From NCBI RefSeq assembly GCF_964213995.1, contig NC_135817.1:70804001-70868000 (forward strand): a DNA stretch of 64,000 nucleotides. The letters are read 5' to 3'. This document shows, in pieces, positions 12,825 through 24,956 of this stretch (position 1 is its first letter; the number at the start of each line of letters is the position of its first letter). The position numbers and the translations under genes are program-made. Source of the DNA: Mustelus asterias. Its lineage: Eukaryota. A model generated the notes under the pieces. The model was not told the DNA's origin and ran no database searches. It was given only the letters and a program-made list of their open reading frames with translations.

Positions 12825-13598
12825 TAAGAACATAAGAAACATAAGAAATAGGAGCAGGAGTAGGCCATCTAGCCCCTCGAGCCTGCCCCGCCATTCAATA
12901 AGATCATGGCTGATCTGACGTGGATCAGTACCACTTACCCGCCTGATCCCCATAACCCTTAATTCCCTTACCGATCAGGAATCCATCCATCCGCGCTTTA
13001 AACATATTCAGCGAGGTAGCCTCCACCACCTCAGTGGGCAGAGAATTCCAGAGATTCACCACCCTCTGGGAGAAGAAGTTCCTCCTCAACTCTGTCTTAA
13101 ACCGACCCCCCTTTATTTTGAGGCTGTGTCCTCTAGTTTTAACTTCCTTACTAAGTGGAAAGAATCTCTCCACCTCCACCCTATCCAGCCCCCGCATTAT
13201 CTTATAAGTCTCCATAAGATCCCCCCTCATCCTTCTAAACTCCAACGAGTACAAACCCAATCTCCTCAGCCTCTCCTCATAATCCAAACCCCTCATCTCC
13301 GGTATCAACCTGGTGAACCTTCTCTGCACTCCCTCCAATGCCAATATATCCTTCCTCATATAAGGGGACCAATACTGCACACAGTATTCCAGCTGCGGCC
13401 TCACCAATGCCCTGTACAGGTGCATCAAGACATCCCTGCTTTTATATTCTATCCCCCTCGCGATATAGGCCAACATCCCATTTGCCTTCTTGATCACCTG
13501 TTGTACCTGCAGACTGGGCTTTTGCGTCTCATGCACAAGGACCCCCAGGTCCCTTTGCACGGTAGCATGTTTTAATTTGTTTCCATTGAGATAGTAAT
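12825..13598 (-). mobile_element. Young CR1 LINE 3' fragment in intron 4
   Basis: Open 226-aa RT C-terminus (ORF 12925-13605) plus intact 3' tail. Confidence 0.93.
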
Positions 13599-13743
13599 GG
13601 AACAAGCAGTGTAGAGCCTGACTTGTTCAGCGTATCCTAGCTTATAAACCTTTTAGGACTGAGGTGAGGAGAAATTTCTTCACCCAGAGGGTGGTGAATG
13701 TGTGGAATTCACTCCCACAGAATGTAGTTGAGGCCAAAACATA

Positions 13744-14272
13744 GGGGATATTTTACCATTTTGATTCTAAGTGCTGAATCTGGGCGCAATTCAGATCCGA
13801 CTTGGAAAACTGTTCTCAGGCGCCTCCATACGCACTTAGCCTGAAATAAAAATCGCGAGTCTGAATCGCGCTGTGGGCGGGGCTTATCGCCCGAAACGCT
13901 GTTGCTCCGATCGGAGCCTTCAACTGCGCATTTGAAAAACACTCCCCTGTCACACCGCTGCTGGGCTGCAAAAAGCAGATAAAGCGGCCCGGGAGCAAAA
14001 AGCAGGAGCGATGGCCCCCACAGATATCGCCCCACCCCCACAACATAACTGTCCACCTCCTGCTACCCAGACCGATCGCGACCCCCTGCCCCCCTTCCCC
14101 CCCTACCGATCGCCTGCAGAGTGGCAGCGGTCCCCCCTGCCCCTGCCCACTCACTCACCAGAGATCCATCTGACCGCCTCCCTTCCCCTCCTCCGCCCCC
14201 CACCAGAGAACCATCCGGCCTCGCTTCTCCCCTCCCCCCCAGAGAATGATCGGGCCTCCCTCCTCCTCCCCC
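13744..14272. mobile_element. Truncated non-autonomous Harbinger-type DNA element (family of 17911-18742)
   Basis: Begins with attttaccattttgattctaagtgctg, as the 17911 copy does. Confidence 0.7.
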
Positions 14273-14874
14273 ATAAAGCTGATATCTTTAAACACCATGA
14301 GGGACTGTGCCTTCAGCTGCCTTGGCCCTTAGGTCTGGATTTCCTTTTTATTTAAAAAATAGAAGCTGGAGTAGACCATTTGGCCCTTCATAAAGCTCCT
14401 GTGAAGTGCCTTGTGACATGTTATGTTATAGGCACTGTATAAGTACAAGTTGGAACTATTGTTGGTCTGATAGTGAGTATAGTACACATTGGATGGGGTT
14501 TTCCAGCTGCGCCTGCCCCCAGACTGGAAATTCCCACCCAAGGCCAATGGATCTTTAAATGGTCCATCAAATTTTCTGGCCCGCCCGTGCCAATTCCCAT
14601 GGCGGGCAGGACAGGAAAGTTCCACCCATACGCTGCAATTCTACTGCCCCGCTGGCCACGAAATCAGAGTGGGTGAGGGGCGGACAACGGAAATGTCCAT
14701 TGACTTTGGGAAGGATTTTCCAGTCTCGCTCGAGCAAGGTCATAAGATCCCACCCGTAGAATGTGCAAGAAAAAAACTTTATATTTGTTTCATTCCTGGT
14801 ATTAACAGAAATAATCTACTTGTAAATTTATTTGCATTTGCATTAAGTAAAAACAGAAAAGTATTGAGACTACG

Positions 14875-15939
14875 TGAGCGATTCTCCCAGCCCGCTGCAG
14901 TGCAACAGGCCAGGAGACTCAAGCGGAGGCCATGTAGCGGGCTCCCCACTGGGCGCCATGGCCTCCACGCATCTCCAGCCACTGGATTTCTGGTGCCGTC
15001 AGTTCCAAAACAGAAATTGGCGCGGAGCTGTATAAATTATTCTAATGCTGATTGTAATATCATTAGTGGGCCCGGGACTGAAATCTCCAGACCAGTGAGC
15101 GTCTCTCCATCGGCCAGGAGTGTTTCACTCCAGCAGGGTTTACAACAGCTCCCCACTGACCCTGCTGAAGTCAAAGGGGGCCATGGAGGCCCCCAGAGGG
15201 TTGGGGGTTAGGGGGTGCCGTTGGCCATTGCCAGTCTTGCAGTGCCAGGAGGCCAGGCTGGCACTGCCCACCGGGCATCGGGCATTGCTAAAGGGGTGGG
15301 GCCAAAGGAGGTGGGGCATAATGGGGGCGGGGTCTCTAGGGGAAGATCAGTGTGGGTAGAGGGGGGTCCCGTTGTCACACTGTGCTCGGCGGTGACCGAG
15401 GGAGGGAGGCCAGTGATCCGGGCTGACCATTGAGCTGGGAGTGGGGTCGGCCTGTCTTGGCGGATCGAGGCTGCGTGGTGGGGGTGGGAGGGTCAAGACT
15501 GCGGGGATCGGGGCTGCCAGTGATTGGGGGCAGGGTGGATTGGGAGATCGGGACTGCCGCGGGAGCCCGGGGTGGGGGGGGAGTTGGGGGTCGGGGCTGG
15601 CCCAGGAGACATGTCCAGAAGCTGAGCGATCGGGATGTGAAGGGTCGCACGGCCAGTTCTGCGGGGTCGCGGGAATGATGGGGAGACCGGCAGTGCGGGG
15701 CTACTGCACATGTGCTGATCTCTGGTATGACAGATTGGCGCATGTGCAGTGACCCGCTCAGCGTGATGCTGCCAGCCTCTCCAGCGGGAATAGGCCCCGC
15801 CCATTGATTTTTAATGAATGCACAGTAAAGTGCACGGAGTGTGGGAGATTCATTTTGAAAACCCTGCTGGAAAAAACAGGATTTACCCCAGTTTTTACGC
15901 GAATTCGACACTTAGAATTTTTCTGGGAGTATCCCAGCC
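14875..15939. mobile_element. Non-autonomous GC-rich TIR element (family of 22482-23593, opposite orientation)
   Basis: Imperfect TIRs gattctccca...tgggagtatc; aattctaagtgtc subterminal motif shared with 22482-23593. Confidence 0.6.
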
Positions 15940-16139
15940 AATAACCTAAATCCATAGGTTGTTAAGTAGCAGTGGATAACTTCTGTGACTTATCAATCAA
16001 TCACCCATTATGGAGTATTAATTTGTGAGTATTCTGACATTGTTACCCTCAGTGTAGTAATAATTGGATCATTCTTCTTAAAGCAATTAGTTGGCAGGCA
16101 GCTGCAAATTTAAAACTGAGTTTGCAAAATTTAAAAGTA

Positions 16140-16405
16140 AAAGTCTATTTATTAGTCACAAGTAAGGCTTACATTAACACTGCAGTGAAGTTACTGTGAA
16201 ATTCCCCTAGACACCACAGTCCGGTGCCTATTTGGGTCAATGCACCTAACCAGCGCGTCTTTCAGATTGTGGGAGGGAACCAGAGCACCCGGAGGAAACC
16301 CACGCAGACACAGGGAGAATGTGCAAATTCCACACAGATAGTGACCCAAGCTGCGAATCAAACCCGGGCCCCTGGTGCTGTGAAGCAGCAGTGCTAACCA
16401 CTGTC
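16140..16405 (-). mobile_element. HE1-like SINE (tail B)
   Basis: Sequence identity with the other copies. Confidence 0.88.
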
Positions 16406-16673
16406 CTGTGTTGTTCTTGATGTGGTGGATGCGTAGTTTCTCAAATCACCAAAATGACAGATTTGTGAGCACGCTAAAATGAGAATCTCACTCACAGAAG
16501 ACAAGCTTCACACACGAGTGCAAAATGATTGGAATCCACTCTGCGAATCAGTTTGGCGTGTGCTTTCCAGCATTGTGGAAATGATGCTGGTTTCTCTGTG
16601 ACTGTATTGTCCTATAAGACGGAATAAACTAAATTACACATTCTATTTTTTACTCATATTTCTTTCATTTCAG

Positions 16674-16900
16674 CAATTCCTGAAGTTAATGAGATCTATG
16701 TTAATGTTGGCACTGGACCAAGAAATCCAGAGATTGTCTCAACACATCCGAACTCGAATCGAAAGCCAAATCGAAATCAAGGGACCGCCTCAAAGTGTCA
16801 GAACACAAATCAAAATTTAAATCGAAGTTCTAATTCTAATTATAGTTTCATTGGGCACATTCCATTGGGGATATATGAAAATACTTCCTCTGTAAAATAA
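16674..16900 (+). CDS. IgSF V-C1 receptor exon 5: cytoplasmic tail with YVNV, SNYSFI and YENT motifs, stop TAA
   Basis: Long polypyrimidine acceptor tttctttcatttcag|, phase 1, open 75 codons; five exons total 1071 nt = 356 aa plus stop. Confidence 0.8.
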
Positions 16901-17370
16901 AATGACAATCAGGAGATTTGTTATTTTGTGATTCTGCTTCATCATTTGTCCCCTCAAATCTGAACTGCTGTCAAGGAGCTGGGCTGTGGCCCATCTCTGT
17001 GGCCACTTTGTGCACAATCTCGAAAAGCTGTGAAGAGTTGTGCATAACCAAAGCAGAGATAGTCCACCAATGTGTTGCACGGTGCAACATGCAGCTTCTT
17101 GGAATTTGTACTTCACTCATACCGAGTGACTTTGTCAGAGAGCTCAAAATATTTTACTTGTGTTCACTATACCGAACATTTCCTGTAAGTTACTGAATGT
17201 TATTGCTATAATGTTTTACTTATTAGCGAACTTTTGTTCTGTTTGGAATTGCTCAATACAATATCCTACATAGCAAAGGGCACAGTTCATGCCAAGTCAT
17301 AGAAATTCTCTTGGAAATGCAGTACAGTTAAAAAGCACTCAAATAATCCATTACTATAACAACATACAAA

Positions 17371-18790
17371 TGTCCCTGAAAGGGTTAATAATAACGCAAG
17401 TTTGAAAATCATACAAGCTGCAAGCTGCTAGACTGAGAGAACTTTAGGTCTTGATTAAAGCAGGCCCAGATGAGGGTCATGGACCATAAAATTACGCACA
17501 AGCCCTCCACTGAATAAAGCACAGCTGCAGTTTTAGCGTCAGATCAAATCAGAGACAATAGGACAGGGGAGTTGATGAACCATTGGTTAGAGAAATAACT
17601 TCATAATTGTGTGGAAAGAAATACATGCTTAGTGATATAATTAGGTAGACGTGCACAAGTTGTAATTGGACAATTGTATCCTTATGTTATGCATGATGTA
17701 ACCCTAATCAATAGTTGTGAGTGGATATAGATATAGCTTCTGTGCAAATATACATCCTTGATTGGTGTATGCAAATTTCTTAAAACTAGATCTTAACTAT
17801 AAAACACTGTTTAATTCCTGGATCGAGGTTCTCCCTTGTGAACCATTAGTTAGAGCACTGGGCCCAGCCTGTTCTATAGTTTGTAATAAAGATATTGGCT
17901 GAAATTCAAAGGGCCCTATTTTACCATTTTGATTCTAAGTGCTGGGTGGACTTGAAACTGGGAGTGTTTCAGATCTGACTTTTAGACCCGTTCTCTGGTG
18001 CCCCCATACGCAGTCTGCCTGAAAAAATATCAGTGAGTCCGAATCGCGCTGCACAAGCCTGTGGGCGGGGCTTAACGCGCCCGAAATCCTGCAGCTCCAA
18101 TCAGCGCCTCCTACTGCGCATGCGCAGAAAAAAAAAGATAGAATGCTGCTCCCCTGCCACATTGCTCCCGGGCTGGATAATGCCTCTCCATGGCCCCCAC
18201 AGACATTGGCCCATTCCCCCAACGTTACTAACCCCCTTATCCTCTCACCCCCGCCACACAGACCGATCACGGGCCCCTCCCCCCACTGATCTCAGGCAGA
18301 GTGGCAACAGACCCCCCCTTCCTTCCCCACACCGATCACAAGCAGAGAGCCGTTGGACCCACCTCCCGCCACCCCCCCTCTCACCACCGATCTCAACCAG
18401 AGAGCTGTCGGACGCTCAGCACCTACCTCCTCGCTAGCTGGAGCGCCCGAATCGGACTTTTGTGGATCATGTCTGTTTCGCGCTGAATCTGGATGGGCGA
18501 ACGCAGTGGTAAAAGGGGGAAGTGCTGGTAAAGTTGGGCGTGCAGCCCATTAAATCAATTTAAATGCATGCATTCGGGCGATCAGCTGTCGTGCCCATTT
18601 CAGGCTCGGGCCCGATTGGGTCCATTTTCAGGCCCTTGGGTAAAGGGGGGAGGGGCGTGGATTACGCTACTCGCCTCATGCCCGACTTTACCAAGTTTCC
18701 GCGCCCAAAAACGGGCATAACTTTGATGGTAAAATCGGGCCTAAAGAGCCTGTCTAGTTTTCTCGAGAGTGAGAGAGTGAAGTACGCTAC
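17371..18790 (+). mobile_element. Possible ERV solo LTR interrupted by a MITE
   Basis: Starts tgt, ends taca; ordered ATTGG (17761), ATGCAAAT (17769), TATAAAA (17798), AATAAA (17885); no TSD identified. Confidence 0.4.
17911..18742. mobile_element. PIF/Harbinger-type non-autonomous element
   Basis: TIRs gggccctattttaccat / atggtaaaatcgggcct, 3-bp TSD AAA. Confidence 0.8.
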
Positions 18791-19147
18791 AGCCGAATAG
18801 CTGTATTTTTCTCCCCAGCATCTCCAGTTAATCTTCAGCCAGAAAAGGACAGCCTTCAGCACAAGCAGCTTCTCCAGTTCCAGTGATAATGGTGCTCCGA
18901 GATTAGGGGAATATGTGAGCATGTGAAAACGCCACATGGCCTCCTGAACACATACTCCTTAAACAGCATTGCACAATCTGCCATCAAATGATTCATATCC
19001 CACAATTTAAAAAAAAACTTTTGAAGAAAACAACTAACAAACAGAAACATCACGAACCTTTGTTCTAACTTTTAAATAAAAACACAGTAATTGATTACTT
19101 AGTTATTAGGCTAATTTTTCAATTTGTGCTCCCTATCCGGTACTTGT

Positions 19148-19452
19148 AAGTTTATTTATTTATTAGTCACAGCTAGGCTTACATTAACACTGCAATGAAG
19201 TTACTGTAAAATTCCCCTAGTCATCACATTCTGGTGCCTGTTCGGGTGCACTGAGGGAGAATTTAGCATGGCCAATGCACCTAACCAGCACATCTTTGGA
19301 CTGTGGGAGGAAACCGGAGCACCCGGAGGAAACCCACGCAGAGAATGTGTAGACTCCGCACAGACAGTGACCCAAGCTGGGAGTCGAACCCCGGGTCCCT
19401 GGCACTGTGAGGCAGCAGTGCTAACCACTGTGCCAACCACTGTGCCACCCCC
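19148..19452 (-). mobile_element. HE1-like SINE (tail B)
   Basis: Sequence identity with the other copies. Confidence 0.9.
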
Positions 19453-19979
19453 TTGGAGTGTATTTGGGGAAAATACAATGCATAAGATTCCAAACTTGAA
19501 GCTTAAGTTGAATTGAGTGAGCTACACTTAACGGACAGGAAATGATGAGAAAGATATGTGCAGTTTGCTATTATCAGCAAATAAAAACATAAAATGTGTG
19601 ACCATTCAGCTAATCTATGGTTTGCTTACCATTCCTAAAGCTGTCACTATTCTGATTGTGTGTCAAAGTATGTACCATCAATTCCATTTGTAAGACTGTA
19701 AGACATAGGAGCAGAATTAGGCCACTCGGCCCATCGAGTCTGCTCCGCCATTCAATCATGGCTGATATTTTTCTCATCCCCATTCTCCTGCCTTTTCCCC
19801 ATAACCCCTGATCCCCTTATTAATCAAGAACCTATCTATCTCTGTCTTAAAGACACTCAGTGACCTGTTGTCATTTGATTAATCATTTATTGGTGAGTAA
19901 AGCTGAAAGGGATGCCTAAATGTGTACTTGATTTCAAGGCCAAGATTGTAATTGTTTCTTCATTACAGAAAGGAAGAGA

Positions 19980-20130
19980 GAACTGGCATTTTTATTGCCC
20001 CTTTCACTATCTCAGGACATCCCAAAGTGTGTCAGAACTAATGAAGCATTTTTTGAAATGTAGTCCTTTAGTAATGTAACAAGACATGATCGGCAATTTG
20101 CACCCAACAAGGTCCCACTAACAAGTATGT
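19980..20130 (-). mobile_element. Deu-SINE (AmnSINE1/SacSINE1-like) 3' fragment
   Basis: Minus strand ctttgggatgtcctgagatagtgaaagggg...aaatgccagt resembles the AmnSINE1-type tail as recalled. Confidence 0.55.
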
Positions 20131-20794
20131 GCTAAATGACAAAATAGGTAGGAAGAAAGGAGAGAACTAGTATAAAATATAGGGTATAATTTGAAAGGGA
20201 GTTCATGAATGAATGGATCTGTGGGGGCATATGTGCGCAAATCATTGATGGTGATGGGACAGGTTGAGAGCAAGTCAATAAAGTCTGCCAGCTCTGTGGG
20301 GGTATATGTGCATAAGTCATTGATGGCGATGGTTGAGAGTAGGTTAATACAGTCTACCAGATCCTGGGCTTTCTAAATAGCAGCATAGAGCATAAAAGCA
20401 AGGCAGTTACGGTATGTATAAAATGCTGGTTTGGCCCCAACTGAAGTAGTGTGGCCAGTCCTGGGCATCGCACTGGGATGTGAAGGCATTCGAGAGATTG
20501 CAGAAAATATTCACGAGAATCTTCATGAGGAACTTCAGTTACTCAGATTGGAGACGCTGGGGTATTCTTCCTGGAAAAGAAAAAGTTCAAAGGAGATTTG
20601 ATAGAAAGTAGAAATTCACAAGGGGGTCTGGATGGTGTAGAGAGGGAACAATTCTTCCAGTTGGTGGAAGGGTTGAGAATGGAGGGGGGCATATACTGAT
20701 TAACACCTCATCCAAAAAGGTTTAGCCTCTATATTAGCATCTTTCTGGATAGGATGTTCAAGATGGGCTGAATGGTGTTGCTCATCTCATTTTT

Positions 20795-21620
20795 TAAACA
20801 TTAATTTACAGGATGTGGGTGTCACTGGTTAGGCCAGCATTTATTACCCATTCCTAGTTGCCCTTCAGCAAGTGGTGGTGAGCTGTCTTCTTGAACCGCT
20901 GCAGATCCTGAAGTGTAGGTACACCCACAGTCCTGTTAGGGAGGTAATTCCAGGATACTGACCCAACGACAGTGAAGGTACGACGATATAGTTCCAAGTC
21001 AGGATGGTGAGTCAGTTGGCAGGGAACTTCCAGGTGATGGTGATCCCAGGTATCTGTTGTCTCCTTCTAGATGTAATGGTCATGGGTTTAGAGGGTGCTG
21101 CCTAAGGAGCCTTGGTGAGTTCCTACAGTGCATCTTGTAGGTGGTACAGACTGCTCCCACTGTGTGTTGATGGTGCAGGGATTGAATGTTTGTGGAAGGG
21201 GTTCCAATCAAGCAGACTGCTTTGTCGTGGATGGCGTTAAGTTTCTTGAGTCCTGTTGGAGCTGCACCCAACCAGGCAAGTGGAGAGTATTCCATCACAC
21301 TCCTGACTTCTGCCTTGTAGATGGTGACAAGCTTTGGGAAGTTAGGAGATGCGTTACCTGCCTGCTGCAGGATGCAAAGCTTTTGACCTGCTCTTGTAGC
21401 CACATTATTTATATAGCTGGTCCAGTTCAGTTTCTGGTCAATGGTAAACCCCCCAAATGTTGATAGTAGGGGATTCAATGATGACACTGCCATTGATTGT
21501 CAAGGGTGATGGTTAGATTCTCTCTTGTTGCAGATGATCATTGCCTGGCACTTGTGTGGTGCAAATGTTATTTGCCATTTGTCAGCCCAAGCCTGGATAT
21601 TGTCCAGGCCTTGCTGCATT
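20795..21620 (-). mobile_element. CR1-group LINE 3' fragment (family of 59690-62690)
   Basis: ORF 21080-21493 RT C-terminus; family-specific 3' tail. Confidence 0.85.
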
Positions 21621-21920
21621 TAATTTACCATGTGATCCCTGCAATATTAACCAGGCAAACTTGAAAACTCGAGGAAAACAGGTAACGGGAATTTTTAGCA
21701 AAAACTCAAGGACACCAGGAACAAAGCCTTGTGAGCAGATTCCGAGCCTGTCCGTGGCTGATATCCCGAGATGTGATCCATTACATATTCATTGTGAGTC
21801 CCTGATCCAGGGTTGAGCCTGACATTGAGAAGTTGGTGGTGGGAGGGAATTAGTAGAAACCAGCTGCAGCTGCTGTTTGAGGGTTTTAATTCATTTAGGA
21901 TGGACACAGGAGAGGACACA

Positions 21921-22253
21921 GGGGCGGCACGGTAGCACAGTGGTTAGCACTGCTGCTTCACAGCTCCAGGGTCCCGGGTTCGATTCCCGGCTCGGGTCAC
22001 TGTCTGTGTGGAGTTTGTACATTCTCCTCGTGTCTGCGTGGGTTTCCTCCGGGTGCTCCGGTTTCCTCCCACAGTCCAAAGATGTGCGGGTTAGGTTGAT
22101 TGGCCAGGTAAAAAAAATTGCCCCTTAGAGTCCTGGGATGCGTAGGTTAGAGGGATTAGCGGGTAAATATGTGGGGTGGGATTGTGGTCGGTGCAGACTC
22201 GATGGGCCAAATGGCCTCCTTCTGCACTGTAGGGTTTCTATGATGATTTCTAT
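21921..22253 (+). mobile_element. Full-length HE1 SINE (tail A, HER1/CR1-derived)
   Basis: A box cagtggttagc, B box ggttcgattcc, V-domain core, tail gatgggccaaatggcctccttctgcactgtaggg...ttctatg. Confidence 0.92.
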
Positions 22254-22481
22254 ACAGGAAATGGTGCAGCTGGAAGCAGGACAGTTCTGTTTTTTCATGG
22301 AAATGTAGTGGGAATGTGCAAGCAACAGGAGTTTCCCGCTTTGGACACCTGGAGCACCCACTCCAGCAAAGAACATATGGATACAGCTGTAGGAGGGCAG
22401 AAACTGAGGGCTGGTCATCTATGTGTTAATACCCCCTGGGGCAACTCACATAGGCTGTCATTTATAAACGTGATAACAACA

Positions 22482-23593
22482 GGGTCGCTTCTCCCAACAA
22501 AATTCTAAGTGTCAAATTTGCGTGAAAACTGGAGTAAATGACGCTTTATTTTTTCAGCGGGAGTTTAAAAATGAATCTCCTACCTTCCGTGCATTGCAGA
22601 GTGCCCGAGCGTGAATCATGTTAAAATTCAGTGGACGGGGCCTATTCCCGCTGGCGAGACCGGCAGCCGAGCGCTGAACGGACCAATGCGCATGCGCTGA
22701 TCTGTCAGCACTGAGATCGGCGCATGCGCAGTGACCCCTGTCTGCAGGCCTCCCGATTGCTAGCCAGCCCTGCGATTGTGCAACGTTGGCCCTTTCTTCC
22801 CCCCCATGGCCTGATCGCTGGTTCCATGGACATGTCCAGGCCAGCCTCAATCCCCCCTCCCGGCCCGTCTTGATCTCCAGCTCCCCGTGATCCCCCTCCC
22901 CCTGCAGGCCCGACGCCCCCCCCCCCACCCCACCACCACCAGCCCCCCCCCCCCATCAAGCAGGCTGTTCCCCCCACACAATCTGATGGCCAGACCTGAT
23001 CACTGGCCTCCCTCTCTCTCTCCCACCAATCTCGACTGCAGTGTGGCAGCCGGTCTCCCCACTCTCATCTCCACCAATGGTCCTCCCAGAGACCCACCCC
23101 CTTTAGGCCCCACCCCCATTAAACCCTGCTCCTTGGCGCTGCCCCATGCCTGGTGGGCGGTGCTAAGTTGTCTCTTGGGCATTGCCACTTTGCCCCATGG
23201 GCAGTGTCGGGGGCCTAGGCTGGCACTACCAAGGTGCCAATGCCAAGGGGGAACCCCCCAAAGGCCTGATCCTCTGGGGGGCCTTAATTGCCCCCCTTCA
23301 CTCCAGCGGGGTCGGGTTGCCAGTTCCCCGCAAGTAGGGAGCTATAGTAAACCCCGCTGGAGTGAAACACTCCCGGCAGGGAGAGAGGCTTGTGGGCCCG
23401 GAGACTTCAGTCCCGGGGCCTGTTAATAATATTCAAAATAGATGATAATGGGAGGCTGCATACATTTGGCAGCTCCACACCGATTTCCGGTGCGGAGTTG
23501 ACGATGCTGGAAATCCAACGTTGGGAGACGCACGGAGGCCCTCACATCCAGCACGGATCGCCCGCTGCACAGCAGGATGGGAGAACCACCCCC
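22482..23593. mobile_element. Non-autonomous GC-rich TIR element (Harbinger-like)
   Basis: Imperfect TIRs gggtcgcttctccca / tgggagaaccacccc. Confidence 0.6.
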
Positions 23594-24328
23594 AAGGCAG
23601 ATTTGGAAATTGGATTGGAGGGATTCAAACACTGTTCCAGGAAAGATGGACACAAATTTGGGAGGGGGAATGGGAAGGTTTTTTTTATTGATGAGGGAAT
23701 GATAATGGCAGGTTTGAAGGAGAGGTGGGCAGTACTAAGGAGAGAGAAGCTTTGACCGTAACAGCTAAAAGAAAGGCAAGAAGGGAAGGTGGACCTCATG
23801 GACAAGGCGCGTTCAGAGAGGGCAGGAGGGGTATTAGAGAAAGATACTAGTTCAGGGCAAGAGCAGAGAAAACATTTGAGGTGGTTAGTCCTGATGGAGG
23901 TAAGTGACTGAGGCAGCTAAATAAATAGTCTCAAACTTTGAGAGCCCCTCACGTTAGTTGAAGATGAGGGTGGAGGAGAGAGGGGAGCGGGCTGAGGAAG
24001 ACAAATTGAAGTAGAAATGGGAAGTGACTATCTTTGTATTTCAGCATAATGCTGCAATAATGAACAATTCTGGCAGACATGAGCAGGAGCACATAATACA
24101 GGATTCATTCAAATCTGTGGCAGATAGTGAAAGATCCAACATGAGGAGAAATGTTCCTCGACCTTCTCCTCACTTCTTGCAGATTGTAGCAAACCTCTAT
24201 TATTTTGGGTACCCTCACTGGTGAGTTTTGAAGCGCACTTAATTCTAGACCCTATCACAGCACATCTTTAACATTCCAGTGGCTTGCTCTTTGATACAAC
24301 TGGTGGTCATATGACTCGTGTAGACAAC

Positions 24329-24503
24329 TTAAATACCATTTGTAATGACCATTTTGGAATGTCTGTAACATTTCTTGACTGTATTGAAGGACCTTGGAGT
24401 GTATGTAGAGAACCCGATATTATTGTACTTTATGTGATGACCATTTTGAAATGTTTGTAATTTTTTTTCAGATATTTTATGAATAAAATATATTTTTGCA
24501 AAA
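24329..24503 (+). mobile_element. Probable Tx1/L1 LINE 3' UTR fragment
   Basis: AT-rich UTR ending ttttatgaataaaatatatttttgcaaaaa. Confidence 0.5.
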
Positions 24504-24645
24504 AGAGAACGGGCCATCATGTGACTCTGATTGGAGCATTCCTGTGAGGTGTTCCTCACGGGTATCCTGAGCTAAGTTTGAGGAATGTATAGCTTGGGTC
24601 CTATCACTCAGTCCTCTAAGTCTAGGATTAAAAGCAGAGAATACT

Positions 24646-24956
24646 GCTTCTCGGCCTTTTGGCTAAGATCAAGTGTAGTTATGCGGATGCTGCACTTGGT
24701 TGAGGTCATTGGGTTACATTTAAGCTCCATTTTCATATGAAGCAATTTTTAAAAGCGGCATCTCGGCCTTTTGGCTAAGATGCAAATGAGATCAAGCTTT
24801 GGAGGAGGAAGACCTGCGTCTACTCCAATCAGCTTGGCTCATGTAGATCAGGCCCAAGACAGGGGTTGCGGATCCTGTCTTGTCAGCTTGGATTGGAAAT
24901 GTCTCAACTTGTTGAGACTCTGAATTGGACTTGATTTGATTAAATTGGAATTTTAA
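24646..24956 (+). mobile_element. U2 snRNA-headed retroposed element (SINEU/Keno-like)
   Basis: 24646-24679 identical to U2 snRNA nt 4-37; second U2-like segment at 24758-24781; A-rich end; TSD aaaagcagagaatact(g) at 24630-24646 and 24957-24973. Confidence 0.88.

Noticed and set aside
14011-15955. Many overlapping Pro/Gly-rich ORFs (also 18033-18937 and 22554-23755)
   Set aside because: GC-rich non-autonomous DNA transposons; no domain signatures or splice structure.
20218-20360. Imperfect tandem duplication of about 75 bp
   Set aside because: Lies within a decayed CR1 fragment; no sign of function.
24646-24679. Functional U2 snRNA gene
   Set aside because: Only nt 4-37 are present, and they lie inside a TSD-flanked insertion.
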